Shown here: positions 8,384-17,274 of the stretch, piece by piece
Position numbering within the stretch: position 1 is the stretch's first letter
Layout: each line of letters opens with the position of its first letter
From: Desulfocapsa sulfexigens DSM 10523
GTDB lineage: Bacteria > Desulfobacterota > Desulfobulbia > Desulfobulbales > Desulfocapsaceae
Length of the DNA: 32,000 bases
Direction of reading: 5' to 3'
Assembly (NCBI RefSeq): GCF_000341395.1
Contig: NC_020304.1
Span: forward strand, 2,670,001-2,702,000
Translations under genes and position numbers: made by a program
Notes under the pieces: model-generated
Seen by the model: the letters and a program-made list of their open reading frames with translations, nothing else
What the model was told of the DNA's origin: nothing
The model's database searches: none

Positions 8384-9973
8384 ATGGATACTCTTGCGTC
8401 AAATATTGCTGTTGTTGGGTCAGGTTACTGGGGTAAAAATTTAGTACGTAATTTTAATACCCTTGAAGCGCTGCATACCATTTGTGATACAAACAAAACG
8501 ACCCTGACACGTTTTGAAGAGCAGTACCCTGGTATAAATACAGCGACTGCATACAGCCAGATTTTGACGAATCCTGAGATACAGGGGGTTGCTATCGCAA
8601 CTCCTGCAGAGACTCATGCCACCCTTGCAACGGAAGCACTACTGGCTGGAAAAGATGTTTATATAGAAAAACCGCTCTGTCTCTCTGAAAAGGAAGGTGC
8701 TGAATTAAATGCACTTGCCAAAAGACAGAACTGTGTACTTATGGTCGGACATTTACTCTGGTACCATCCGGTTGTTCTCAAACTTAAAGAACTTGTCGAT
8801 GCCGGGGAACTTGGTCGTATCCAGTATATATATTCAAATCGATTGAATCTTGGGAAACTGCGTAGAGAGGAAAATGTACTCTGGTCATTTGCTCCCCATG
8901 ATATTTCTGTCATCCTGGGGCTGACCGGGGAAATGCCTGAATCCATCCGTGCTCAGGGTGGGAATTATCTCCACCGACAAATTGCTGACACCACTATGAC
9001 GTTGATGAATTTCTCAAGTGGCATCAAGGCTCATATCTTCGTCTCCTGGCTTCATCCTTTTAAGGAACAGAAGCTTGTTGTTGTTGGTGAAAAGCAGATG
9101 GCTGTTTTTGATGATGTTGCGCCATGGGATGACAAATTGCTGCTGTATCCACACTCTATAAAGTGGAGTGATAACATCCCCGTTGCCAATAAGGCAGAGG
9201 CTGTCAAAGTTACGGTTAAACAGGATGAACCCCTTAAGGCAGAATGTGCTCATTTTCTGGATTGTATAAAAAACAGAAGCAAACCACGCACAGACGGTGA
9301 GGAAGGGTTAAGAGTTTTAAAGGTACTTAATCGGTGTCAGGAGTCCCTGGAAAATGAACAAAAAGTCCAGGTAACCAGCCACAGTAATCAGGCGGATTTC
9401 TTTTGCCATGAGAGTGCTGTCGTCGATTCCGGTGTGGATATCGGTTCAAATTCTAAAATATGGCATTTCAGTCATATCCTCTCTGGTTCAAAGATCGGTT
9501 GTAGCTGCAATATTGGTCAGAATGTTGTGGTAGGGCCTAACGTGACCATCGGGGACAGATGTAAAATCCAGAACAATGTCTCTGTGTATGAAGGCGTGAG
9601 CATTGGAGATGAGGTTTTTTGTGGTCCCAGTATGGTATTTACAAATGTGATGAATCCCCGTGCTGCAATCTCCAGGAAGGATGAGTATTGTGACACTGTT
9701 GTTCGAAGGGGGGTGACTTTTGGGGCGAATTGTACCATTGTCGGCGGTATTGAGATTGCTGAATATGCCTTTATTGGTGCCGGAGCAGTTGTGGTGAAGA
9801 GTGTTCCCGCTTTTGCCCTGATGGTTGGTAATCCTGCACGACAGATTGGCTGGATGAGTAAATATGGAAAAAAAATGGACTTACCACTTACTGGTCACGC
9901 TGATTTTACATGTCCTTTTACCGGGGAAAAATACACTCTGCGGGATGATTGTGTTACGGTGGTGCCGGAATAG
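8384..9973 (+). CDS. fusion protein: Gfo/Idh/MocA sugar-nucleotide oxidoreductase (N-terminal, approx 330 aa) plus left-handed beta-helix N-acetyltransferase (C-terminal), WbpB-WbpD / WlbA-WlbB-like
   Basis: The N-terminus has the IAVVGSGYWGKNLVRNF Rossmann motif and EKPL. The C-terminus has hexapeptide repeats IWHFSHILSGSKIGCSCNIGQNVVVGPNVTIGDRCKIQNNVSVYEGVSIGDEVFCGPSMVFTNVMNPR, closely like 3-amino-sugar N-acetyltransferases of the WlbB/WbpD type. Confidence 0.8.
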   Translation: MDTLASNIAVVGSGYWGKNLVRNFNTLEALHTICDTNKTTLTRFEEQYPGINTATAYSQILTNPEIQGVAIATPAETHATLATEALLAGKDVYIEKPLCLSEKEGAELNALAKRQNCVLMVGHLLWYHPVVLKLKELVDAGELGRIQYIYSNRLNLGKLRREENVLWSFAPHDISVILGLTGEMPESIRAQGGNYLHRQIADTTMTLMNFSSGIKAHIFVSWLHPFKEQKLVVVGEKQMAVFDDVAPWDDKLLLYPHSIKWSDNIPVANKAEAVKVTVKQDEPLKAECAHFLDCIKNRSKPRTDGEEGLRVLKVLNRCQESLENEQKVQVTSHSNQADFFCHESAVVDSGVDIGSNSKIWHFSHILSGSKIGCSCNIGQNVVVGPNVTIGDRCKIQNNVSVYEGVSIGDEVFCGPSMVFTNVMNPRAAISRKDEYCDTVVRRGVTFGANCTIVGGIEIAEYAFIGAGAVVVKSVPAFALMVGNPARQIGWMSKYGKKMDLPLTGHADFTCPFTGEKYTLRDDCVTVVPE

Positions 9974-10062
9974 AAATAAGAGTTGTGGTGATCAGCAACC
10001 GGGTTCCATATTGTGAGGGGATTGCCTGGAACAAACTTAACGTAGAAGTGGTAAAGGCCTGA

Positions 10063-10863
10063 ATGGGTACAATCAGTCTTTTTTTGAAATCAATAATCAA
10101 ACAACGGCGTCTCATACTCTCAATGGCCAAACGGGAGGTGAAGTCGCAGTATGTTGGTTCCACTCTTGGACTGGTGTGGACTTTTATTCATCCTCTGGTA
10201 TTGATTTTTGTCTTCTGGGTTGTTTTCAGCGTGGGATTTAAGGCTGTTCCTGCCAGTAATGTCCCTTTTGTTGTCTGGCTGACAGCGGGGATGACATGCT
10301 GGTTTGCATTTTCTGATATGATATCAGGATCAACCAATATTGTTGTCGGAAATAGTAATTTAATCAAAAAAACAGTTTTTCCTGCCCAGATACTTCCCGT
10401 TGTTAAAATAACCTCTTCCCTTGTTGCCCATAGTATTTTTGTTCTTATCCTGATGGGACTGATACTTTTACAAAGGTTGCCTTTCAGTATCTTTTATTTT
10501 CAATCACTCTATTATCTGTTCTGTATGCTGGTACTGGTGCTCGGACTTTCCTGGTTATTTTCGTCATTGAATGTCTTTGTTCGGGATATCAACCAGGCCG
10601 TTGCCCTTGCCCTGCAGGTTGGGTTCTGGGGCACTCCTATCTTCTGGGATATTAATATTATGCCGCAGAAGATACAGTCCGTGCTCAAACTGAATCCGAT
10701 GTTTTATATTGTTCAGGGGTATAGGGATTCTTTCCTTAATTTTATACCTTTTTGGGATCATCCTATTTTAACGCTTTATTTCTGGGTGGTTGCTTTGTCT
10801 ATCTTTATACTTGGGGCTGTTGTGTTTCGTCGTTTACAGCCGCAGTTTTCAGATGTCCTGTGA
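10063..10863 (+). CDS. wzm: ABC-2 type polysaccharide export permease (Wzm/TagG/KpsM-like)
   Basis: 266 aa with about 6 hydrophobic helices. The N-terminal RRLILSMAKREVKSQYVGSTLGLVWTFIHPL motif is typical of ABC-2 permeases. It lies directly upstream of the matching ATPase. Confidence 0.85.
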   Translation: MGTISLFLKSIIKQRRLILSMAKREVKSQYVGSTLGLVWTFIHPLVLIFVFWVVFSVGFKAVPASNVPFVVWLTAGMTCWFAFSDMISGSTNIVVGNSNLIKKTVFPAQILPVVKITSSLVAHSIFVLILMGLILLQRLPFSIFYFQSLYYLFCMLVLVLGLSWLFSSLNVFVRDINQAVALALQVGFWGTPIFWDINIMPQKIQSVLKLNPMFYIVQGYRDSFLNFIPFWDHPILTLYFWVVALSIFILGAVVFRRLQPQFSDVL

Positions 10864-10869
10864 AAGCTT

Positions 10870-12159
10870 ATGAATAGAGAAATTTCAATTGATGCCCATG
10901 AACTGACGAAGACCTATTATCTGTATGACCGGCCTATTGATCGTGTAAAGGAGACCTTTCATCCCTGGCGTAAGATTTATCATCGTCCTTTTGATGCCGT
11001 TAAAGGGTTGAGTTTTACTATTCACAAGGGTGAGTCGTTTGGTATAATTGGTCGCAATGGCAGTGGAAAATCCACATTGTTGCAGATGATATGCGGAATT
11101 CTTCAGCCCACAAGCGGTTACGTAACTGTTAATGGCAGGGTTGCTGCTTTACTGGAATTAGGAGCAGGATTTAATCCTGAGTTTTCGGGACGTGAAAATG
11201 TTTATTTAAATGGCGCCATTTTAGGGTTTTCCACAGCAGAAATTGACGATCTCTATGATGAAATTGTTGGTTTTGCTGATATAGGAGATTTTGTTGACCA
11301 GCCCGTGAAAACCTATTCCAGCGGAATGTATGTCCGTTTGGCCTTTGCTGTGCAGGCATGCGTTGAGCCGGAGATTCTTGTTGTCGACGAAGCCCTGAGT
11401 GTGGGGGATGTTTTCTTTCAGCAAAAATGCCTTGGCAGGATGCGACAGCTCAGGGAGAACGGTACCACACTGCTTTTTGTCTCCCATGACATGGGCATTG
11501 TCCGTGAGCTTTGTGAAAGTTCCGTTTATCTGCATAAGGGGCGGCTTGCGTACTGTGGGCCCAGCCATAAGGCAGTGCAGAAGTATTATAATATGGATCA
11601 CCGTCAGGTCTCTGGTTCTTCAGGAAGTGAAAATGGTGGCGCACCTGTCGCCTCTTCACTCACGGGGAATGAAATATGGAAACAGGACATATCTCAATCT
11701 CAGGATGGTGCTGATGCGGAAATACTTTCAGTGAGCATGGAGGATAAAGATGGCTTTCCATCCATGAAGGCAACCATTGGTGAACAGATCTCATTTACAT
11801 TGTACTATCGGGTAAATAAAAGTGGCCCTATTCATGCTTCGGTTTCTATTAAAAACAGGTTTGACAACCTGATCAGCTGTAACGGAACCTATATCAACAA
11901 TCTTGAACCACAGACTTTAGCCGAAGGAGCTGTAGGGAAAATTGTTTTTAAAGTTCAATGTGACATGGAGGCTGGCCCTTATACTCTCCATTTTAGCTTG
12001 TCTTCCCCAGGGGATCGCCCTAACAGGGCCGCAACAGTTGATGAAACCCCATGGCTTGGTCCTCTTTCCATAGAGTGGGATTATGAGAATCATAAGGCTC
12101 CTTTTCTGGGGATGTTCAACCTGCCTGTTTTCTGCTCATTTGGCGAGGATACGAAGTAA
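10870..12159 (+). CDS. wzt: polysaccharide ABC exporter ATP-binding protein with a C-terminal beta-sandwich (Wzt_C-like) domain
   Basis: Walker A GRNGSGKST, signature YSSGMYVRLAFA, Walker B LVVDEALSVGD and H-loop SHD. An additional approx 180-aa C-terminal extension (EILSVSMEDKDG...YTLHFSLSS) resembles the glycan-cap-binding domain of Wzt proteins. Confidence 0.88.
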   Translation: MNREISIDAHELTKTYYLYDRPIDRVKETFHPWRKIYHRPFDAVKGLSFTIHKGESFGIIGRNGSGKSTLLQMICGILQPTSGYVTVNGRVAALLELGAGFNPEFSGRENVYLNGAILGFSTAEIDDLYDEIVGFADIGDFVDQPVKTYSSGMYVRLAFAVQACVEPEILVVDEALSVGDVFFQQKCLGRMRQLRENGTTLLFVSHDMGIVRELCESSVYLHKGRLAYCGPSHKAVQKYYNMDHRQVSGSSGSENGGAPVASSLTGNEIWKQDISQSQDGADAEILSVSMEDKDGFPSMKATIGEQISFTLYYRVNKSGPIHASVSIKNRFDNLISCNGTYINNLEPQTLAEGAVGKIVFKVQCDMEAGPYTLHFSLSSPGDRPNRAATVDETPWLGPLSIEWDYENHKAPFLGMFNLPVFCSFGEDTK

Positions 12160-12222
12160 TGAGTGATACAGCTTTTGTTGAGTTTTTTGAAAAATTTTCT
12201 TCGATGTTGAGACTGTAATAAA

Positions 12223-13185
12223 ATGGACAGTGCTATCCGCGCCTTTAAATTGAATCTGGAAAAACTAAACTGGTTACCAGGAATTTCCTATCTGCGATCA
12301 AAAGCATTCTTGACTCCCAGACTGGGTAAGCTTCATCTCTATTCCCCGCGTCCTCTCTACATACCAGATTTTTATCGGCAGACTCCTGCGAACCATGAGA
12401 ACTGTCTTTCCATTTCAATTGTTACCCCTTCCTTTAAAAGTGGCTGTTATATCGAAGACACCATAAAAAGCATCTTGAAACAGATGTATCCCGGGTTGGA
12501 ATATATCATTCAGGATGGTGGTTCGGATGATGAAACAGTTTCAATTATAAAAAAATATGAAAAAAATTTGAAGGCATGGGAATCCAAGCCAGATAAAGGA
12601 CAGTCACATGCAATAAATCTCGGTTTTGATAAGACAAAAGGCGATGTCATGGCCTGGCTCAACGCTGATGATCTGTTGTTGCCCGGTACTCTGGATTATG
12701 TGAATAATTATTTTCAAAAGCATCCCCAAGTTGATGTTGTCTATGGGCACCGGGTACTCATCGATTCAGAGAACAATGAGATTGGTCGCTGGATCCTTCC
12801 TCCCCATTGTCATCATACCATTACCTGGCATGATTTTATTCCTCAGGAGACCCTGTTTTGGCGGAGAAGTATCTGGGAAAAGGCAGGTGGACGAATTGCA
12901 GATGAAATGCAATTTGCTATGGACTGGGAATTTATTCTGAGACTCAGAGATGTCGGAGCGACCTTTGCCCGTTTGCCCAGATTTACAGGTGCCTTTCGTG
13001 TTCATCCAGACATGAAAAGCATTAAAGACGTCGACATAACAGGCGTGCGTGAAATGGATATGCTGAGAAAACGATACCGGGATCCTTATGTTAGTGATGA
13101 CCAGCTTGAGCATTACATTCGATCCTACCTGCGTAGGCATCTGCTTCTTGATAGATTGTACAAAATTAAAGTTCTCCGGTATTGA
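12223..13185 (+). CDS. family 2 glycosyltransferase
   Basis: ISIVTPSFKSGCYIEDTIKSILKQMYPGLEYIIQDGGSDDETV and WLNADD (DxD-type), which fit the GT-A fold of GT2 enzymes. Confidence 0.8.
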   Translation: MDSAIRAFKLNLEKLNWLPGISYLRSKAFLTPRLGKLHLYSPRPLYIPDFYRQTPANHENCLSISIVTPSFKSGCYIEDTIKSILKQMYPGLEYIIQDGGSDDETVSIIKKYEKNLKAWESKPDKGQSHAINLGFDKTKGDVMAWLNADDLLLPGTLDYVNNYFQKHPQVDVVYGHRVLIDSENNEIGRWILPPHCHHTITWHDFIPQETLFWRRSIWEKAGGRIADEMQFAMDWEFILRLRDVGATFARLPRFTGAFRVHPDMKSIKDVDITGVREMDMLRKRYRDPYVSDDQLEHYIRSYLRRHLLLDRLYKIKVLRY

Positions 13186-13269
13186 CTTCTTTTCATTGCT
13201 GGTTCATTAGGGAAAAAGACAATGCTCAGTAAGGTTCATGTGGGCAGGCAGGCGTGATCATAGGTTGTT

Positions 13270-16245
13270 ATGAATAAAATTCATCTCTCTCCAAAAGTAT
13301 TTGCAGGATTTTCTCTTCTGTTATTCTGTCTTGTGTGGCTGTTTGTTGCGCCTTTCTTTCAAAAAGCTCAATTAAGCGTAAGTCTTGAAACGGAAAGCGA
13401 TGAATTGATCCAGGTTTTTTGGAATACGAATAATGTTTTTGGCAATGAGCGTGGGTATTTTGAAGAGCAATCTGCCGTAAGACGGTTAAGGGCAGGACGT
13501 ACAGAATACAAATTTACCTTGCCTAGTCTTAAGGGTATTGAATCACTACGCATTGATCCAGCAACTACAGCCACTTCGTTTACCCTCTATTCCATTAGCA
13601 TTTCTCAAGCCGGTTTTGATCCCATTGTTATTGAGACGGAGGAGACAGCAAAGGACCAGTTGGAACTTCATGGCACAGGGTTTAAAGCAATATCCGGGAA
13701 TGGTATTGGTTTTGGATCTTTTACTGAAGACCCTCAACTCATACTCAAGATACGGCCCGTCTTTAGCTATTTTAAATATGTTGTCGATAAAAAGAATGAA
13801 TACTCAGCCTTTGTATCTCAACGAATGGATCTTTTAGGCCTGGATTGGTCTGGCTTCTTTTTCCTTGGTATCGATATTTTACTTCTTCTGAGTATCAGTG
13901 CCACTATACTCACTCTTTTGGGATTAAGAGAAAAAAACAGTACAGAAGTTTGTGTTCTTCTAGGGTTAACAGGACTTGGGGTAATCGTTCTTTCTGTGAC
14001 TTTTTTAGGGATGGCCTATCTGCTTAACTGGAAAAATATACTGTTTGGACATTTAGGATTGTGGGGATTGATTCACATTGCCGTCGCAAGGGGTTCTGAC
14101 CAGATGTTTTTCACTGCGGCAGTAAGGAATTTTAAGCAGATTTATGGAGGAATTCTCCTTTCGGTACGAAAAACCCTCTTTCCTGCTGAATGGAAAAGAG
14201 TTTCTCTCAGCAGTGCAATACTTTTGGTTCTGATCGTATTTTTGTTGGTGTATTATATTATCCCCGCAGCCTTCACCCTGCCCCTGAATTTTGATTCCAA
14301 CGATTATCGCCTCTCCCGAATTGGCTATTGGCTCCAAGAAGCAAATATCTGGCAATTTCCAAGCAATGACATCAGAGAAATTATAATGCCAGTAAATTGT
14401 GATCTGGCCATGTTGTGGATAACCTCTTTTTTCAAAAAGGGGTATCCACTGGTTCATCTCATGTCTTATTTTGGCGGGTTTCTGGTTTGTTGTTCTGTTT
14501 ATGCTATCTGCAGGGCATTGGATTTCTCAAAGAACTATAGCCTTATAGCTGTTTTGATCTGGCTTGGTATCCCCAATAGTGCCAGTCAGATGCTTACATC
14601 GCAGACCGACTTGTTTACCACCGGTTGTCTGATGGCTGGACTGTACTGTTTTTATCAGGCCATCAGACATAAAAAATATTCTTATTATGTATATGCTGGA
14701 ATAGGTATAGGTCTATCAGTCGGGGCAAAAAGTACAGTGTTTTTGTGGGGACCGGGATTGCTGTTTCTCTGTCTTGCCATTATTGCAGGCAGGTTAAAGG
14801 TCTTACAGTGGAAGGTCTTTGGAAAAGGAATACTGTTGTTGGTGGCTTGTACTGTTTTGTCAGGAGGTTTTGTCTATGGACAAAATGCTATCCGTTTTCA
14901 TAATTTCTTAGGGCCGAGTGAGGTTGTTGAGTCAATCGATGTCAGTCGTGACCCGGTTGTGAAAAAAGCCGGGGTGGGACAGAAAAGACATACAATGAGT
15001 AAAGTGTCTTTTGTTTACTTGAAAGCTCAGTCCTATTTGTGGCAGATTTTCGAGCCCAGTTCCAATTTAACAGTAATACGACCACTGACGGACAAGGCCT
15101 TTGATTTACTTGAGCAATCCATTTATAAGACGAATAAAACGCTCAAAGCTTCTTTTGTGTCGATGTTCAGGGCTGCTGCATCCTGGCTCCGCTCAAGCCA
15201 GCTTAGTGAAGACTATGTCTCCTTTGGATTTGTAGCTTTCTCTCTACTGCTTCTTGGTGGAAGCCTTGCTCTTTTCAGGTCATTTCTAGTAAGGGATACT
15301 CAATCGATTGCTGTCACCATCATTTTCATTTCTATTCTTCTCTATATGATGTTTTTTTGCTGGATTGTGGGGTGGACTGTTCATAGATACCGATATGCCG
15401 TTCTGGTGACACCATTCATTGCGATAACAGTGGTGTACTTTTTGTCTACCTGTTCAGCTACAAATATAAAATCTCTCCGTTATTTTACGGTCACCTTAAC
15501 CTGTGCTGTTGTTCTTTATCAGGTGATGATGGCTTTGAATGTTGCAAGTAATAGCAGGTCTCATGGTTGGTTCGCTTTTCGTTTTCCTCATAAAGTACAT
15601 AGCTATGTCTTTTATTGGCGTGATGCCAGGCATCTCACAGATAAGCTACCGGAGAAAGTTCATCGTTTGGGACTGGTTTTGGCAAAGGGTGCCTGGAAAT
15701 CAATGTTCTATCGGACAGGGAGAAATATCTCATCATACACTATTCCGGTACAAGGAGATATTCACGCAAGTCATACTTTTTTAGAAAGCAGAAATGTTGA
15801 CGCTTTAATTGCAAGGAACCTATCTTCAATAAGTGTAGAGGATAGCTTTAACCTCCTGCCGTCTTTGACGAATACTTATCAGGCGCTTATTCCTGTGAAA
15901 AAAAATGCAGAGCGCTCGGCATGGATTATTCCAAATGGCTCGTGGAGTGACGGATGGGTTAAATTGCGTGGGGCGGTCAGAGTTGGCAACTGGAAAAGTA
16001 ATATCCTTTCTTTGGAAATTTGTAATCCGGCTCCTGTTGATGAGAAGATACTTTTCAGATCATCCGTTAAGGAGTATGAGATACTCGTCACCAGAAATAG
16101 TGAGTGTGAAAAAGTTGATATTTCTGTTAATGCTAATGACTATATAAGTTGGCATGTCGATCCAGGTTATCACCCTTGGAAAAACCCAGGTACAAGAGAG
16201 GTTCGATCCCTAGGGGTAAAAATTAAATTCCCAAAACCTGAGTGA
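13270..16245 (+). CDS. large polytopic membrane protein, putative GT-C-fold (ArnT/PMT/GtrC-like) glycosyltransferase with extra N- and C-terminal soluble domains
   Basis: 991 aa. It has one N-terminal TM helix, an approx 150-aa soluble segment, then at least 12 hydrophobic helices. A loop, NFDSNDYRLSRIGYW, loosely resembles the acidic first-loop motif of ArnT/PMT enzymes. An approx 250-aa C-terminal soluble domain follows. The GtrB-like gene starts 12 nt downstream. The family call is tentative. Confidence 0.45.
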   Translation: MNKIHLSPKVFAGFSLLLFCLVWLFVAPFFQKAQLSVSLETESDELIQVFWNTNNVFGNERGYFEEQSAVRRLRAGRTEYKFTLPSLKGIESLRIDPATTATSFTLYSISISQAGFDPIVIETEETAKDQLELHGTGFKAISGNGIGFGSFTEDPQLILKIRPVFSYFKYVVDKKNEYSAFVSQRMDLLGLDWSGFFFLGIDILLLLSISATILTLLGLREKNSTEVCVLLGLTGLGVIVLSVTFLGMAYLLNWKNILFGHLGLWGLIHIAVARGSDQMFFTAAVRNFKQIYGGILLSVRKTLFPAEWKRVSLSSAILLVLIVFLLVYYIIPAAFTLPLNFDSNDYRLSRIGYWLQEANIWQFPSNDIREIIMPVNCDLAMLWITSFFKKGYPLVHLMSYFGGFLVCCSVYAICRALDFSKNYSLIAVLIWLGIPNSASQMLTSQTDLFTTGCLMAGLYCFYQAIRHKKYSYYVYAGIGIGLSVGAKSTVFLWGPGLLFLCLAIIAGRLKVLQWKVFGKGILLLVACTVLSGGFVYGQNAIRFHNFLGPSEVVESIDVSRDPVVKKAGVGQKRHTMSKVSFVYLKAQSYLWQIFEPSSNLTVIRPLTDKAFDLLEQSIYKTNKTLKASFVSMFRAAASWLRSSQLSEDYVSFGFVAFSLLLLGGSLALFRSFLVRDTQSIAVTIIFISILLYMMFFCWIVGWTVHRYRYAVLVTPFIAITVVYFLSTCSATNIKSLRYFTVTLTCAVVLYQVMMALNVASNSRSHGWFAFRFPHKVHSYVFYWRDARHLTDKLPEKVHRLGLVLAKGAWKSMFYRTGRNISSYTIPVQGDIHASHTFLESRNVDALIARNLSSISVEDSFNLLPSLTNTYQALIPVKKNAERSAWIIPNGSWSDGWVKLRGAVRVGNWKSNILSLEICNPAPVDEKILFRSSVKEYEILVTRNSECEKVDISVNANDYISWHVDPGYHPWKNPGTREVRSLGVKIKFPKPE

Positions 16246-16257
16246 GTTTCGTAGATT

Positions 16258-17211
16258 ATGAGTGAAAAAAAGGAAAATACTCATCGGATAAAATTGATTA
16301 TCCAAATTCCATGTTTTAATGAGGAAGAAACCTTGCCTATTGTTCTCGGGGAATTACCGAGAGAATTGCCAGGAGTCGATATCGTTGAGTGGTTGGTTAT
16401 TGATGATGGAAGTACAGATAGGACGGTTGAAGTTGCGAGAGCACATGGTGTTGATCACATCGTTTCTCATCCACAAAATAAGGGGCTGGCAACAGCTTTT
16501 ACCACGGGACTGAAGGCATCTCTAAAAAATGGTGCGGATATTATCGTAAACACTGATGCAGATAATCAGTATAAAAGTAGTTATATTAAGGACTTGATCC
16601 AGCCAATACTTGATAATAAAGCGGAGTTTGTAGTTGGGGCTCGTCCAATCAATAAAATTGAAGGTTTCTCAAGGATAAAAAAAATTCTTCAACGACTGGG
16701 AAGCTGGACTGTGCGAATGGCTTCTGGAACTGATATCCCCGATGCGCCCAGTGGCTTTCGCGCTATTTCTCGAAATGCCGCCCAAAAACTAAATATTTTC
16801 AGCGGATATACGTATACCCTGGAGACGATAATTCAGGCGGGGAAAAAAGGAATTGCAATGTCCTGGGTTCCCGTAGAAACGAATGAGGAGCTACGACCGT
16901 CCAGACTATTAAGTAGTATTCCGTCTTATATTTTTCATTCGATGTGCACTATTATCCGGATTTTTATAGTGTATCGTCCGTTTCGCTTTTTTGCGTCAAT
17001 TGGTGTTGTTTTTTCCACTCTGGGAACAGGTCTCTTGTTACGCTTTCTCTATTTCTATTTTACGGGGAATGGTTCTGGCCACGTTCAGTCAGTGGTTATT
17101 GCTGGTATCTTGTTAGGTATAGGTTTTCATACAATACTAATCGCCTTTGTTGCCGATCTCATCAGTGTTAACAGGCGACTACTTGAGCAAATAAGAGCTT
17201 CTATTCAATGA
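16258..17211 (+). CDS. polyprenyl-phosphate glycosyltransferase (GT2; GtrB/ArnC/DPM1-like)
   Basis: IIQIPCFNEEETLPIVL, VIDDGSTDRT, NKGLATAF, and TDADNQY (DxD), plus two C-terminal TM helices (FFASIGVVFSTLGTGLLL and VVIAGILLGIGFHTILIAFV). This architecture is typical of GtrB/ArnC. Confidence 0.75.
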   Translation: MSEKKENTHRIKLIIQIPCFNEEETLPIVLGELPRELPGVDIVEWLVIDDGSTDRTVEVARAHGVDHIVSHPQNKGLATAFTTGLKASLKNGADIIVNTDADNQYKSSYIKDLIQPILDNKAEFVVGARPINKIEGFSRIKKILQRLGSWTVRMASGTDIPDAPSGFRAISRNAAQKLNIFSGYTYTLETIIQAGKKGIAMSWVPVETNEELRPSRLLSSIPSYIFHSMCTIIRIFIVYRPFRFFASIGVVFSTLGTGLLLRFLYFYFTGNGSGHVQSVVIAGILLGIGFHTILIAFVADLISVNRRLLEQIRASIQ

Positions 17212-17274
17212 TCCCATGGTGCTTACAAGTACCCTGTGATATTGATTCTTTTCACTTAATGGTTTGTTGCATTT

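Noticed and set aside
12159-12218. A 19-codon micro-ORF (MSDTAFVEFFEKFSSMLRL) whose ATG overlaps the wzt stop (TAATG)
   Set aside because: It is too short to support from sequence alone, has no SD, and could easily be chance in a 63-bp spacer.
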